Assembly: GCA_964646995.1 (NCBI GenBank) | Contig: CAZYIF010000001.1 | Span: forward strand, 157,528 to 221,527 | Length of the DNA: 64,000 nt | Reading direction: 5' to 3' | Source: an uncultured Gammaproteobacteria bacterium | GTDB lineage: Bacteria; Pseudomonadota; Gammaproteobacteria; CAZYIF01 | Shown: piece after piece, positions 38,363-49,181 of the stretch | Numbering within the stretch: position 1 is the stretch's first letter | How the letters are laid out: every line of letters starts with the position of its first letter | Translations under genes and position numbers: made by a program | The notes under the pieces: generated by a model | The model's database searches: none | Seen by the model: the letters and a program-made list of their open reading frames with translations, nothing else | What the model was told of the DNA's origin: nothing

Positions 38363-38839
38363 ATGCCAAAAATACCTATGACCGTTACCGGTGCTAGACA
38401 GTTGCGCGAAGAATTAGATCGCCTCAAGGGTAAAGATCGCCACACCGTGATTAATGCCATCGCGGAGGCAAGGGCGCACGGTGATTTAAAAGAAAATGCG
38501 GAATATCATGCGGCGCGTGAGCAGCAGAGTTTCATTGAGGGGCGTATTGCCGAGATCGAAGCTAAGTTGTCGAATGCCCAAGTCATTGATGTGAAGAGTT
38601 TGCCACAGACCGGTAAGGTGGTGTTTGGCGCGACGGTACAGCTCATTAATCTGCAGACCGATGAGATGGTGACCTACCAAATTGTAGGCGATGATGAGTC
38701 TGATATTAAACAAGGTAAAATCTCGGTGAGCACGCCGATCGCGCGCGCGATTATCGGCAAAGAGCAGGGCGACACTGCGGAAATAGCGGTGCCAGCGGGT
38801 GCAGTAGAGTATGAGATCAATCAAGTAGACTACATCTGA
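38363..38839 (+). CDS. greA: Transcription elongation factor GreA
   Basis: [69 protein letters not shown].. is the GreA signature. Confidence 0.9.
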   Translation: MPKIPMTVTGARQLREELDRLKGKDRHTVINAIAEARAHGDLKENAEYHAAREQQSFIEGRIAEIEAKLSNAQVIDVKSLPQTGKVVFGATVQLINLQTDEMVTYQIVGDDESDIKQGKISVSTPIARAIIGKEQGDTAEIAVPAGAVEYEINQVDYI

Positions 38840-38917
38840 TTTTCTGTTGTGTCATGGCGACGTGTTCGGATGGATGAGAAACAGCGTGATTGTCCTGCGT
38901 AATATTTAGGAAAAGGC

Positions 38918-39544
38918 ATGCCCAGATCCAAGAGCAGCCAGCAATGGCTGAAGGCTCACTTTAGTGATCCGTATGTACAACGCGCGAATCAAGCAGGGCT
39001 GCGTTCGCGAGCAGCCTATAAATTATTAGAAATCCAAGCCCGCGATAAACTCATGACACGGGGTGCGACGGTGATTGATTTAGGCGCCGCGCCGGGTGGC
39101 TGGTCGCAAGTGGCCGCACAATGTGTGGGTGAGCAGGGGCGTGTGTTTGCTATCGATTTATTGCCTATGTTGCCTGTCATGGGTGTGGAGTTTATCCAGG
39201 GCGATTTCAGTGACGATGCAGTGCTGCAACACATCAAAGATAATTTAGCTTTGCTGCGTGTCGACCTTGTGCTTTCTGATATGGCCCCCAATATGAGTGG
39301 GATGAAGGCGATCGATCAGCCGCGTGCGTTGTATCTCGCAAAATTGGCGTTGTTGTTTGCACAAGATGTACTGAAACCAGGTGGCAGCTTGTTGATTAAG
39401 TTATTTCAAGGTGCTGGTTTTGATACATATAAGCAGCAAGTTGCTGCACAATTTACACGCGTTGTGGTGCGTAAACCGGCAGCCTCGCGGGCTAGTTCGC
39501 GCGAATTGTATTTATTAGCGCAAGGCTGCAAGAAAACAGACTAG
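38918..39544 (+). CDS. rlmE: 23S rRNA (uridine2552-2'-O)-methyltransferase RlmE (FtsJ)
   Basis: ..RSRAAYKLLEIQARDKLMTRGATVIDLGAAPGGWSQVAA..DLVLSDMAPNMSG.. is the RlmE signature. Confidence 0.9.
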   Translation: MPRSKSSQQWLKAHFSDPYVQRANQAGLRSRAAYKLLEIQARDKLMTRGATVIDLGAAPGGWSQVAAQCVGEQGRVFAIDLLPMLPVMGVEFIQGDFSDDAVLQHIKDNLALLRVDLVLSDMAPNMSGMKAIDQPRALYLAKLALLFAQDVLKPGGSLLIKLFQGAGFDTYKQQVAAQFTRVVVRKPAASRASSRELYLLAQGCKKTD

Positions 39545-39649
39545 GATTGACTCAGCAACTTTCGCTAGCTAAGAAATTACATTACTATAGGCGGTGGCAG
39601 CTGCCGTGTGAGTCGTGTTTCTTACCCATTATTATGAAGAGGTACTCCC

Positions 39650-41575
39650 TTGAATGACATGCTAAAAAATTTATTGTTGTGGTTGGTCATTGTGGTGGTG
39701 GTTATTGCTGTATTTAATAACTTTGGGATGACCAGGAACAGCCAGTTAACCATCAACTATTCTGATTTTTTGCGTGAGGTCTATCAGAACAACATAAAAT
39801 CGGTGGTGATCGATCAGCGCTCCATACAAGGCATGACCCAAGACGGTAAAGCGTTTGTCACGTATATGCCAATGCCTGATCCCTATTTGTTGGGTGATCT
39901 ACAAAAGAAATCGGTAGAGATCCAAGGTATGCGGCCGCAACAACAAAACATATTACTGCATATCTTTATCAATTGGTTTCCCATGTTGTTACTTATCGGC
40001 GTATGGGTGTTCTTTATGCGTCAGATGCAGGGCGGTTCTGGTGGCCGTGGTGCGATGTCGTTTGGTCGTAGTCGTGCGCGCTTGTTGGGTGAGGATCAAG
40101 TCAAAGTGACATTCAATGATGTTGCGGGCGTAGAAGAAGCGAAAGATGAAGTAAAAGAGTTAGTGGACTTTTTGCGTGATCCCGCTAAATTTCAACGTTT
40201 AGGCGGTAAGATTCCGCGCGGCGTGTTGCTGGTTGGTTCGCCAGGTACGGGTAAAACCTTATTGGCGAAAGCGGTTGCTGGAGAAGCCAAGGTGCCTTTT
40301 TTCACTATTTCAGGTTCTGATTTTGTGGAAATGTTTGTAGGTGTAGGCGCATCCCGGGTGCGCGATATGTTCGAACAAGCCAAGAAACAAGCACCATGCA
40401 TTATTTTCATCGATGAAATTGATGCGGTGGGGCGTCATCGTGGGGCAGGCTTAGGTGGCGGACATGATGAGCGCGAACAAACCCTCAACCAATTATTGGT
40501 AGAGATGGATGGTTTTGAGGGTAATGAAGGTGTGATCGTCATGGCGGCTACGAATCGGCCGGATGTATTAGACCCCGCTTTACTGCGGCCAGGTCGTTTT
40601 GATCGGCAAGTGGTGGTGCCGTTGCCGGATATTCGTGGTCGCGAGCAGATCCTCACCGTGCATATGCGCAAAGTTCCCATAGCCACTGATGTTAAAGCGG
40701 TGGTGATTGCGCGCGGAACGCCGGGTTTTTCCGGTGCCGATTTAGCTAACTTGGTTAACGAAGCGGCGTTGTTTGCTGCGCGTTCTAATAAGCGTGAAGT
40801 CAGCATGGAGCACTTCGAGAAAGCCAAAGATAAAATTATGATGGGTGCTGAACGGCGCTCCATGGTGATGAGCGACGATGAAAAGAAATTAACGGCGTAC
40901 CACGAATCGGGTCACGCCATCGTGGGGCGTTTGGTACCGGAACATGATCCGGTACACAAGGTGACGATTATTCCGCGTGGTCGTGCGTTGGGCGTGACGA
41001 TGTTTCTGCCCAAAGAGGATCGCTATAGCCACAGTCGTCAGCGTTTAGAAAGTCAGTTGTCTTCTTTATTTGGCGGACGTATAGCTGAGGAAATTATCTT
41101 TGGTGTAGAGCGCGTGACAACCGGTGCTTCGAATGATATTCAGCGTGCTACGGAGATTGCACGTAACATGGTAACCAAATGGGGATTGTCATTCCGTCTT
41201 GGGCCTCTGGTCTATGGTGAAGATGAAGGTCAAGTGTTTCTCGGCCATTCGGTGACGCGCCACAAAGAGATTTCAGATGACACGGCTAACGCCATCGATG
41301 AAGAAGTGCGCGCGATTATTGATCGCAACTATGCGCGTGCAGAGTCGATTTTGCGTGAAAATATCGATAAATTGCATGCGATGGCTGAAGGCTTGATCAA
41401 GTATGAGACCCTGGATAGTCAACAGATTGATGATATCATGCAGGGCAACAAGCCTACACCACCGGCTGATTGGTCAGAAGACGCGGGTTTGCGTATACAA
41501 GAGGCCACGCCGGCATCGGATCCAGAAGACAACGTTGATAATCCTTTGGGTGACGCGCCGGCGCAGGAACACTAA
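39650..41575 (+). CDS. ftsH: ATP-dependent zinc metalloprotease FtsH
   Basis: AAA+ Walker A GPPGTGKT-type ([18 protein letters not shown]); HESGHAIVG zinc-binding HExxH; two N-terminal TM helices. Confidence 0.95.
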   Translation: MNDMLKNLLLWLVIVVVVIAVFNNFGMTRNSQLTINYSDFLREVYQNNIKSVVIDQRSIQGMTQDGKAFVTYMPMPDPYLLGDLQKKSVEIQGMRPQQQNILLHIFINWFPMLLLIGVWVFFMRQMQGGSGGRGAMSFGRSRARLLGEDQVKVTFNDVAGVEEAKDEVKELVDFLRDPAKFQRLGGKIPRGVLLVGSPGTGKTLLAKAVAGEAKVPFFTISGSDFVEMFVGVGASRVRDMFEQAKKQAPCIIFIDEIDAVGRHRGAGLGGGHDEREQTLNQLLVEMDGFEGNEGVIVMAATNRPDVLDPALLRPGRFDRQVVVPLPDIRGREQILTVHMRKVPIATDVKAVVIARGTPGFSGADLANLVNEAALFAARSNKREVSMEHFEKAKDKIMMGAERRSMVMSDDEKKLTAYHESGHAIVGRLVPEHDPVHKVTIIPRGRALGVTMFLPKEDRYSHSRQRLESQLSSLFGGRIAEEIIFGVERVTTGASNDIQRATEIARNMVTKWGLSFRLGPLVYGEDEGQVFLGHSVTRHKEISDDTANAIDEEVRAIIDRNYARAESILRENIDKLHAMAEGLIKYETLDSQQIDDIMQGNKPTPPADWSEDAGLRIQEATPASDPEDNVDNPLGDAPAQEH

Positions 41576-41590
41576 GTCAGTAGTAGTACA

Positions 41591-42487
41591 GTGGGATTAA
41601 CGATGATGATTGATACGCGTCGACCTATGGCGATAGAGACGTTGGACTGTGCGGGAAAATGTTTGAACTTGCGTAAGCCACAGGTGATGGGCGTTATTAA
41701 TCTTACCCCCGATTCTTTTTATGCTCCCAGCCGCTTGCAACAACCCGATCAGATTTATCAGCGTGCTTTGTCCATGGTGACAGAGGGTGCGACGATTATT
41801 GATGTGGGTGGTGAAGCGACAGGTCCCGGTGCGCAGCCGGTGTCGTTGCAACAGGAACTCGATCGCGTTATTCCCGTGGTTGAGTTATTAGCGCAGGAGT
41901 TGTCAGTACCGATCTCGGTAGATACCAGTCAGGCACAGGTGATGCGCGAGGCTATTGCTGTGGGTGCGGGCTTGATCAATGACGTGCGTGCGTTACGTTT
42001 GCCGGGTGCAATGGAGGTTATCGCACAGAGCAGTGTACCAGTGTGCTTGATGCATATGGCGTATCCAGACATAACCCAAGCACCCGCGCAGGTGGCGGGG
42101 CGGCACGATGTATTGCCCAGTGTTATCGATTTTCTGCAGCAGCGTATCGCTGCGTGTGAGCAAGCAGGTATTGCTAGGCAGCGGCTTGTGTTAGATCCCG
42201 GCTTCGGCAATGGTAGTTTTGGTAAGTCTACGGCGCAAAACCTACATTTACTCCAACAGTTGTCGCGTTTGCACGTGCTAGGCTTGCCTTTGCTCGTGGG
42301 TTTGTCGCGTAAAACATTTATTGGCGACGTATTGCATTGTCCCCCCGACGCGCGTTTGGCTGGCAGTATTGCCTTACACGTATTCGCGTGGTTGCAAGGA
42401 GCTAGCGTGATCAGAACCCACGACGTGCGTGCGACGGTGGATGCACTCACGGTGGTGCAAGCGGTTTTAGAAGAGGATATAGCGTGA
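41591..42487 (+). CDS. folP: Dihydropteroate synthase
   Basis: ..[19 protein letters not shown].., pterin-binding domain. rlmE-ftsH-folP-glmM order as in E. coli. Confidence 0.85.
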   Translation: MGLTMMIDTRRPMAIETLDCAGKCLNLRKPQVMGVINLTPDSFYAPSRLQQPDQIYQRALSMVTEGATIIDVGGEATGPGAQPVSLQQELDRVIPVVELLAQELSVPISVDTSQAQVMREAIAVGAGLINDVRALRLPGAMEVIAQSSVPVCLMHMAYPDITQAPAQVAGRHDVLPSVIDFLQQRIAACEQAGIARQRLVLDPGFGNGSFGKSTAQNLHLLQQLSRLHVLGLPLLVGLSRKTFIGDVLHCPPDARLAGSIALHVFAWLQGASVIRTHDVRATVDALTVVQAVLEEDIA

Positions 42488-43830
42488 CACAAGAAAGGCG
42501 TTATTTTGGTACCGATGGGATCCGTGGTCGTGTGGGTGAATTCCCGATAGCTCCGGATTTTATTTTGAAGCTAGGTTGGGCTGTGGGCATTATTTTAGGT
42601 AATCAGGGTGCCAGTAAGGTGTTGATTGGCAAAGACACGCGTATTTCCGGTTATATGCTGGAGTCAGCGTTAGAGGCGGGCTTATCTGCGGCCGGCGTCA
42701 ATATTCATTTGTTAGGTCCTATGCCCACACCAGCCGTTGCCTACTTGACGCGTACCTTAGGCGCCAGTGCTGGGATCATGATCAGTGCTTCACACAATCC
42801 GTACTACGACAATGGCATTAAATTTTTTTCTGCACAAGGATCCAAATTACCCGATGCCGTAGAGCTTGCTATCGAAGCGCAATTGGAGTTACCGATGCGT
42901 ACGGTCAGTTCATCGCAGTTGGGTAAAGCATCACGCATCGTGGATGCCCCAGGACGTTACATTGAATTTTGCAAGAGCACTATCCCTAATCACATTGATT
43001 TACGTGGCTTGATTATCGTGATCGATTGTGCGAATGGCGCTAATTACCACATTGCACCGCCGGTGTTTCGTGAGTTGGGTGCACACGTGGTGGAAATGGC
43101 AGTAGAACCAAACGGATTGAATATCAACGAGAATTGCGGTTCTACCTATCCGGCCACGTTACGCGATGCTGTGTTAGCGGTGCAGGCAGATTTGGGTATA
43201 GCCTTCGACGGTGATGGCGATCGGGTGGTGATGGTTGATAGTCACGGTGAAATCGTCGATGGTGACGAGTTGTTGTATATATTGGCGGAAGATTATCAGC
43301 GTCATCAAGGCAAACTGGCCGGTGTTGTGGGTACTGCCATGAGCAATTTAGGTTTACAACTAGCATTGCAGGAATTGTCGGTGGATTTTGTGCGTGCCAA
43401 GGTCGGTGATCGCCACGTGCTAGAAAGCATGCGGCAATTGGGTTGGATCTTGGGCGGCGAGACGTCTGGGCATATTATTTGTTTAGAAAAAGCCATGACG
43501 GGTGATGCAGTGATTGCTGCTTTGCAAGTGTTGACTGCAATGCGACGCCAACATGCCGATCTACACAGCTTAAAAAAACGCATGCGCAAGTTTCCGCAAA
43601 GTTTAGTGAATATTGAATTAGCGGGCGCGCAATCCAATCCACTGAATAGCAAGGCAGTACAAGATGTCGTAACCCAAGTTGAGCGGCAGTTGCAACAACG
43701 CGGACGTGTGTTGTTACGTCGTTCGGGCACTGAACCCGTAGTGCGAGTGATGGTAGAAGGAGAAGACGCTAGTTTGGTGCAATGCTTAGCAGAGCAATTA
43801 GCAGATGCCGTGCGGGATGCGGCTATCTAA
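42484..43830 (+). CDS. glmM: Phosphoglucosamine mutase GlmM
   Basis: [18 protein letters not shown]..; active-site Ser loop ([16 protein letters not shown]); about 448 aa. Confidence 0.9.
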   Translation: MTQERRYFGTDGIRGRVGEFPIAPDFILKLGWAVGIILGNQGASKVLIGKDTRISGYMLESALEAGLSAAGVNIHLLGPMPTPAVAYLTRTLGASAGIMISASHNPYYDNGIKFFSAQGSKLPDAVELAIEAQLELPMRTVSSSQLGKASRIVDAPGRYIEFCKSTIPNHIDLRGLIIVIDCANGANYHIAPPVFRELGAHVVEMAVEPNGLNINENCGSTYPATLRDAVLAVQADLGIAFDGDGDRVVMVDSHGEIVDGDELLYILAEDYQRHQGKLAGVVGTAMSNLGLQLALQELSVDFVRAKVGDRHVLESMRQLGWILGGETSGHIICLEKAMTGDAVIAALQVLTAMRRQHADLHSLKKRMRKFPQSLVNIELAGAQSNPLNSKAVQDVVTQVERQLQQRGRVLLRRSGTEPVVRVMVEGEDASLVQCLAEQLADAVRDAAI

Positions 43831-43831
43831 C

Positions 43832-43892
43832 GGGTGTCATCCCGAGCGTAACGAGGGATGACATTGTTGCGTTCTGAATGACACCTTTTTTC
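43832..43892 (+). terminator. Repeat family C copy 1, which also acts as the glmM intrinsic terminator (nested stems GGTGTCAT..ATGACACC plus a TTTTTT run)
   Basis: cgGGTGTCATCCCgagcgtaacgaGGGATGACAttgttgcgttctgaATGACACCtttttt. A related copy lies at 49085-49140. Confidence 0.6.
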
Positions 43893-43894
43893 AG

Positions 43895-44677
43895 TTACAA
43901 ACTCGCCGTTCTGCCACCGTCAACGGCGAGTGCGACCCCATTAACATAACTGGCTGCTGGGCTGGCGAGAAAAGCCACCACGTTGGCGATTTCAGACGGT
44001 TTGCCAAAACGTCGGCACGGAATTTCTTGACGCCAATGCTGTGCTTCTTCTTCTACGGAGTGTTGATTGCGTTGGGCGAGTTCCACCAGCAGCGCATCCA
44101 AGCGTGCGGTTTGTGTAGCGCCGGGCAATACACTGTTGACGGTGATGCCAAAGGGTGCCACTTCACTGGCGAGTGTTTTTGCCCAACTGGCTACGGCCCA
44201 GCGTATCGTATTGGACACGCCTAGGTTGGGTATAGGCGCTTTGACGGAAGTAGAAATAATATTGATGATACGACCGTAACCTGCTTGTTGCATGCCGGGC
44301 AATAGGTGCTGCGCGAGCAGTACGTTGGCTTTGAGGTGTTGATCAAACGCGCGTTGGAACTGTTCCAGTTGTGCGTCGCGTATGGGCCCTGGTGTAGGTC
44401 CGCCGCTGTTATTGAGCAATATGGCTATGTCACCGTTGGTTTTCAATTCATTTTCAATGAGCTGGGTTAAGTTCGAGTGTTGCGTCAAGTCCGCGACCAG
44501 GTAACTGTGTCCTTGTCCTGGCAGGGTCTCTATCAGTTGTTGTAATGTGTGTTCCTGACGTGCCAGTGCAATCACTCGGCAGCCTAATTCAGCCAATGCT
44601 AAGGCGCAAGCCGCGCCTATCCCGTGAGAAGCACCGCACACCAGTGCACGTTTACCCGTTAATTGTAAGTCCATCAT
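43895..44677 (-). CDS. Short-chain dehydrogenase/reductase (SDR) family oxidoreductase
   Basis: LTGKRALVCGASHGIGAACALALAELGCRVI Rossmann/TGxxxGIG motif and the YxxxK region. Confidence 0.8.
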   Translation of the reverse strand: MMDLQLTGKRALVCGASHGIGAACALALAELGCRVIALARQEHTLQQLIETLPGQGHSYLVADLTQHSNLTQLIENELKTNGDIAILLNNSGGPTPGPIRDAQLEQFQRAFDQHLKANVLLAQHLLPGMQQAGYGRIINIISTSVKAPIPNLGVSNTIRWAVASWAKTLASEVAPFGITVNSVLPGATQTARLDALLVELAQRNQHSVEEEAQHWRQEIPCRRFGKPSEIANVVAFLASPAASYVNGVALAVDGGRTASL

Positions 44678-44695
44678 ACTTATTTCTCCTGCTTC

Positions 44696-45355
44696 CTAGA
44701 AATTATTTATTACGGGTACATCGTCGCAACGATGATCCGCCGTGAGTAAAATAGCACGCACCGGTGACGCGTCTGCATTGCTTATTTTTAAGGGTAATGC
44801 GATCAAGGTGTAAATACCGTCCGGGACATCATGCAGTAATAAATTTTCCAGCACCGCCATGTCATAGTGATGCAGCATGTGATGGCTGGAGAGTTCTGGC
44901 TCGGTGGCCGGATCCACCGATGGCGTATCGATGCCAATCAGTCTAACGTGTTGTGCGGCGAGATAGCGAACTAATTCTGCAGATAGCGCAGTGAAGTGAT
45001 CGTGCCAGTGGTCGCCAGCAAAAGATTCGGTGCGCAATAGAATGCGCGGTGCTTGCAGTGGGCAGTGCGCCACGTGTGCGGGTTGCAAGCGAAAGGGCGC
45101 GGGTACGGCAGGTACACTGATGACTTGACAACGGCCCAGATAAAAGTGCAAGTCGCGTTGATCGATGCCAACACCGTCTACAGCATAATGGCTGGGTGCG
45201 TCGGCATGCGCACCGATATGCAGTGTGCTGGTGATTGCCGATAAACTGTAATTATCTCCTGCTGTCATGTCTTTACTGGAATGACGCACAAAGGCTTGAT
45301 CACCGGGATAAACCGGTGTATGCGGATCAATGCGCGGGCTGATGTCGTAGATCAT
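44696..45355 (-). CDS. Cyclase-family protein / kynurenine formamidase-like (KynB)
   Basis: The HIGAHADAPSH motif (HxGTHxDxPxH, PF04199) and a size of 219 aa. Confidence 0.7.
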   Translation of the reverse strand: MIYDISPRIDPHTPVYPGDQAFVRHSSKDMTAGDNYSLSAITSTLHIGAHADAPSHYAVDGVGIDQRDLHFYLGRCQVISVPAVPAPFRLQPAHVAHCPLQAPRILLRTESFAGDHWHDHFTALSAELVRYLAAQHVRLIGIDTPSVDPATEPELSSHHMLHHYDMAVLENLLLHDVPDGIYTLIALPLKISNADASPVRAILLTADHRCDDVPVINNF

Positions 45356-45385
45356 ATTGATGGGTCGCTGTTAAGTGTAAGCGTA

Positions 45386-45411
45386 CCCGAGAAGCGCTAG
45401 CGCTTCTCGGG
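45386..45411. promoter_or_regulatory. 26-bp perfect palindrome CCCGAGAAGCGCTAGCGCTTCTCGGG between the sodB stop and the cyclase start
   Basis: Seen directly. No flanking T-run on either strand, so it is a terminator/attenuator stem or a protein-binding site. Confidence 0.4.
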
Positions 45412-45422
45412 AGAGTCACCTA

Positions 45423-45998
45423 TTAAAAATTCTGTGCTGCAAAATCCCAGTTAACTAATTCCCAAAATGCATTGATGTATTGTGGTCTTGCATTGCGGTA
45501 ATCAATGTAATAGGCATGTTCCCACACATCACAGGTTAGCAGTGGGGTTTCACCTGCGGTTAATGGATTGCCGGCATTGCTCGTGCTGGTGATGGCCAGC
45601 GTGCCGTCGGCTTTTTTTACCAACCATGCCCAGCCTGAGCCGAACGTGGTGGCTGCTGTTTTGCTGAAGTTCTCTTTGAAGGCGGCAATTGAGCCGAATT
45701 GTTGCGTAAGGGCTTGTGCCAGTGCGCCTTTGGGCTCACCACCACCTTGCGGACTCAAGCTGTGCCAATAGAACGTGTGATTCCACACTTGGGCAGCATT
45801 ATTGAATAGTGGGCCTTGTGTGGTTTTGATCAGATCTTCCAATGATTTTCCGTCGTGCTCGGTGTCTTTGATGAGATTATTCAGATTAGTGACATAGGTT
45901 TGATGGTGCTTACCGTAGTGGTATTCCAGTGTTTCTGCGGAGATATGCGGCACCAACGCGTCGAGTGTGTAGGGGAGAGAGGGCAATTCATACTGCAT
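45423..45998 (-). CDS. sodB: Superoxide dismutase [Fe]
   Basis: [36 protein letters not shown].., a Fe/Mn-SOD signature with Fe-type residues. Confidence 0.9.
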   Translation of the reverse strand: MQYELPSLPYTLDALVPHISAETLEYHYGKHHQTYVTNLNNLIKDTEHDGKSLEDLIKTTQGPLFNNAAQVWNHTFYWHSLSPQGGGEPKGALAQALTQQFGSIAAFKENFSKTAATTFGSGWAWLVKKADGTLAITSTSNAGNPLTAGETPLLTCDVWEHAYYIDYRNARPQYINAFWELVNWDFAAQNF

Positions 45999-46160
45999 GG
46001 TGGTATTCCTTCAATGGTTAGATGAGCGCCTAAGTGTAATTTAAGCGGAGGCGTTTAAGCAAGGCGTGGTGTTGTGTTATGGTAGCGTGCATGTAGTCCG
46101 ATGCAAGGCATCTGCATGTCGTTGGAATGCAAAATTTACGCACCTATAGGGGAGAAAGAA

Positions 46161-46481
46161 ATGAATGAAACATTAGAAGCGATTAAACAACAAATTGCAG
46201 ATAACCCGGTGATCCTTTACATGAAAGGCACGCCGGAGTCGCCGCAGTGTGGTTTTTCAGCCAGGGCCGTGCAGATTTTAAAAAGTTGTGGTGTGAAATT
46301 TGCGTCGGTTGACGTATTAGCGCAACCCGCAATTAGACAGACCTTACCTCAATATGCAAATTGGCCGACTTTCCCCCAGCTGTATGTAAAGCGCGAATTA
46401 GTGGGTGGTTGCGATATTATGATCGAGATGCACGAGTCAGGCGAGTTACAAGCGTTGCTTAACACGTTAATTGAACAGTAA
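46161..46481 (+). CDS. grxD: Grx4-family monothiol glutaredoxin
   Basis: ..PVILYMKGTPESPQCGFSARAVQIL.. (CGFS active site). AGGGGAGAAAG RBS before MNETLEA. Confidence 0.85.
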   Translation: MNETLEAIKQQIADNPVILYMKGTPESPQCGFSARAVQILKSCGVKFASVDVLAQPAIRQTLPQYANWPTFPQLYVKRELVGGCDIMIEMHESGELQALLNTLIEQ

Positions 46482-46558
46482 CTGACAATTGCATTATCGC
46501 AAGAAGTGTGTAGTATGCTCTTAATTTACATGGAACCTGTCATTCGGAGAGAGAGAAA

Positions 46559-47188
46559 ATGAGCGAAGTATTAAACCCCGTAGGTAGTGTGTTAGTAGGC
46601 AGAAAGGCGCCGGATTTCTGTGCGGCTGCAGTGTTGGGTAATGGCGAGATCGTCAATAACTTTCATCTGAAAGATGCCGTGCAAGGCAAATATGGCTTGA
46701 TTTTCTTTTACCCTTTGGATTTTACTTTTGTTTGTCCTTCCGAATTAATTGCCTTAGATCATCGTATGGATGATTTCAAACAACGCCACGTAGAAGTCAT
46801 TGGCGTGTCGATTGATTCGCAATTTACGCACACAGCTTGGCGCAATACGCCAGTGAGTGAGGGCGGTATTGGTCCCGTGCGTTACACGTTGGTTGCCGAT
46901 GTAAAGCATTCGATTGTTAAAGCCTATGGTGTAGAGCATCCTGAAGCAGGTGTTGCGTTGCGCGGTGCATTTTTGCTAGATAAGCAAGGCACAGTGCGTT
47001 CACAAGTTGTTAACGATTTGCCGTTAGGGCGTAACATGGACGAACTATTACGTTTAGTCGATGCCTTGCAATTTACCGAAGAGCATGGTGAGGTTTGTCC
47101 TGCAGGTTGGAAGAAAGGTGATGTAGGCATGAAGCCAACGGCTGATGGTGTGGCCTCCTATCTCAGCAGCAATCAGACCAAACTATAA
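46559..47188 (+). CDS. 2-Cys peroxiredoxin (AhpC/Tsa family)
   Basis: ..FFYPLDFTFVCPSELIAL.. peroxidatic Cys motif and a resolving Cys near the C-terminus (EVCPAGW). Confidence 0.85.
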   Translation: MSEVLNPVGSVLVGRKAPDFCAAAVLGNGEIVNNFHLKDAVQGKYGLIFFYPLDFTFVCPSELIALDHRMDDFKQRHVEVIGVSIDSQFTHTAWRNTPVSEGGIGPVRYTLVADVKHSIVKAYGVEHPEAGVALRGAFLLDKQGTVRSQVVNDLPLGRNMDELLRLVDALQFTEEHGEVCPAGWKKGDVGMKPTADGVASYLSSNQTKL

Positions 47189-47274
47189 GGTTACGGGCTG
47201 TGCAGTCGAGAGATTTAGTAAACACGTAGTAATTCGAAAAATTTTTAAAGCGTAGTGTAATTATGTTTGGCCGC

Positions 47275-47348
47275 TGCCTAGCCCAGTTTTACTGGGCTAG
47301 GCAGAGAAGCAAGCGTGGCTGTAGTTGGCGTGTTTGCTGAATAGTTAC
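47275..47348. repeat. Repeat family B fragment, copy 4 (perfect palindrome GCCTAGCCCAGTTTTACTGGGCTAGGC plus a gctgaatagttac arm)
   Basis: Seen directly; related to the cccagtgttactggg core of the other B copies. Confidence 0.6.
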
Positions 47349-47775
47349 AAAAATAAAACATAATGCAATTATTTTTGTGTAAACAGGGTACAAGAAAAAA
47401 AGTATTTAACATTTTTTTCAAAAAAATATGCAAATGTAGTTGCAGAAAGAAAAGTGCGTGATTAGAATACGAAAACTCTAATTTTGGTTAGCAAAATTTT
47501 AAGTTAAGCAAAATAGTTTAGATGAATGAATAACATATTGTTGTTACATGCGGTGGCAACAGCAGAGGCGGTGTAGTGTATACCTGCACTTTTGCGGGGC
47601 GTGATGCAAGCCAGCTTGCATAGCTCTAACGTATGAAGTGGAGTGCTTTACGGTGGGAAATGGTAAGGTACATCCATTTGTTGGTAGTCAACCTAGCTTA
47701 GCTTGAGTTGATTACCAAGAAAGGTGTTTTGGCATTTCCCATATTGAATGAGTTTAATTAGGGAGATTCAAGAGC

Positions 47776-49032
47776 ATGAAGTTGAAACCAACTGTAGCGT
47801 TATCAATTTTAGGTTTGTCCGGCGGGTTGTTGTTCGCTGGCCATGCAGTGGCATTAGACGGCGATGTACAAGCAGGCAGCGAGCGTAATGCTAAGCTGGA
47901 GTCTGTACTGGATCGCAACCAAGCACAAGTCGTTTCATTCGGTCAGTCCAAAGAAGACTGGTTTCATAACGTCAGTGTGAGTGGTAAGGTAAACGTTGAT
48001 GGTAGCTGGGCTAATTACACCCCAACTAACACCAGCATATATGGCATAGACGACAGTCACACAAACGGCAACAACAAAACCTACTCCGATATGAACATCG
48101 GTAGCGCCAATTTATTCTTAGACGGCGACGTTAACTGCTGGACGCGTGTACACGTAGGTTTGGCTTACTGGCAAGAACACAACAGCAACAATGCGCAAGC
48201 GTATTTGGGTAGCGCTAATCAAGTTAACGTAGATGAAGCTTACGGCGTAGTCTCTAACTTTGCAGTGTCCCCAGTCTATGCACGTATTGGTAAACAACGT
48301 GTTGCCTTCGGTACTTACACACCATTCCCAATCGTTGCTTCTTTCACCCAGTTGCTGAGTGAAAAAGCACAAAATGCGTTGACCTTAGGTTTCAACGATG
48401 CCAGCGGCTTCAACGGTGCATTGTACACCTACAACGGTGTAAACAAGGCTAGCGACAATACCAAGCGTCGTCTTAACACCGGTGGTGCGCAGGTGGGTTA
48501 CGTGGGCGGTGTTGCCGATGTTAGCTACGATGTGAATGCAGCGTACGACAATAACATGGCTGACGCTAATTACATCGCTAAGTCAGCTCATGACTTCAAC
48601 ACAAATGGCTATACCAAGCGCGTAGGCGCAGTTAGCTTGCACGGTGGTGCGGCTTACCGTGACTTCTTCGGCAGTGCCGATTATGTTACCGCCGGATCCC
48701 GTTTTGACAGTGCTGACGTAGCTTACAACAGCGCAGGTGCTAAGCCACGTGCGATGGACTTAGTGGCCGGTTATAAGGTTGCTTCGTTCGGCATGCCATC
48801 CAAAGTTTCCTTGGGTTATGCTCAAAGCTGGCAAGCAGTTGGTTTAGGTAACACCACTACGTTTGACAACATGCCAAGAAAGCGTGTGTTAGGTCAGTAC
48901 GATGTAGACTTAGGCAGAACAGCCAATGTTGCATTGCAAGTACGTAACGACAGAGACTATAAAGCCGATGTCGGCGGTACAGGCAAGAACGCAACCACAG
49001 GTATCGTTCGTGCTACCTTCAAGTTTGCTTAA
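47776..49032 (+). CDS. Outer-membrane beta-barrel protein (porin-like), paralog 1
   Basis: Signal peptide MKLKPTVALSILGLSGGLLFAGHAVA, alternating amphipathic strands, a C-terminal ..ATFKFA. About 25-30% similarity in its C-terminal third to the 51269 gene (LGYAQS/VGYGQT; RNDRDYKA/HDRNYKAS). Confidence 0.65.
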   Translation: MKLKPTVALSILGLSGGLLFAGHAVALDGDVQAGSERNAKLESVLDRNQAQVVSFGQSKEDWFHNVSVSGKVNVDGSWANYTPTNTSIYGIDDSHTNGNNKTYSDMNIGSANLFLDGDVNCWTRVHVGLAYWQEHNSNNAQAYLGSANQVNVDEAYGVVSNFAVSPVYARIGKQRVAFGTYTPFPIVASFTQLLSEKAQNALTLGFNDASGFNGALYTYNGVNKASDNTKRRLNTGGAQVGYVGGVADVSYDVNAAYDNNMADANYIAKSAHDFNTNGYTKRVGAVSLHGGAAYRDFFGSADYVTAGSRFDSADVAYNSAGAKPRAMDLVAGYKVASFGMPSKVSLGYAQSWQAVGLGNTTTFDNMPRKRVLGQYDVDLGRTANVALQVRNDRDYKADVGGTGKNATTGIVRATFKFA

Positions 49033-49050
49033 TTCGCATAACTTGTAGTG

Positions 49051-49083
49051 AAAAAGGCCCACTTCGGTGGGCCTTTTTTTTTG
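49051..49083 (+). terminator. Rho-independent terminator (GGCCCACttcgGTGGGCC plus T9); bidirectional (A5 upstream), serving both the porin gene and convergent rnt
   Basis: aaaaaGGCCCACTTCGGTGGGCCttttttttt seen directly. Confidence 0.85.
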
Positions 49084-49084
49084 T

Positions 49085-49140
49085 AAGTATTGGGTGTCAT
49101 CACTAGTGTAACGAGGGATCTCGTGCAAGAATGTCATTCA
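49085..49140. repeat. Repeat family C, copy 2
   Basis: gggtgtcatcactagtgtaacgagggatctcgtgcaagaatgtcattcagagc, related to 43832-43885. Confidence 0.55.
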
Positions 49141-49181
49141 GAGCGCAGCGAAGAATCTCATTTCGCAAGCCACGTTTAAGA

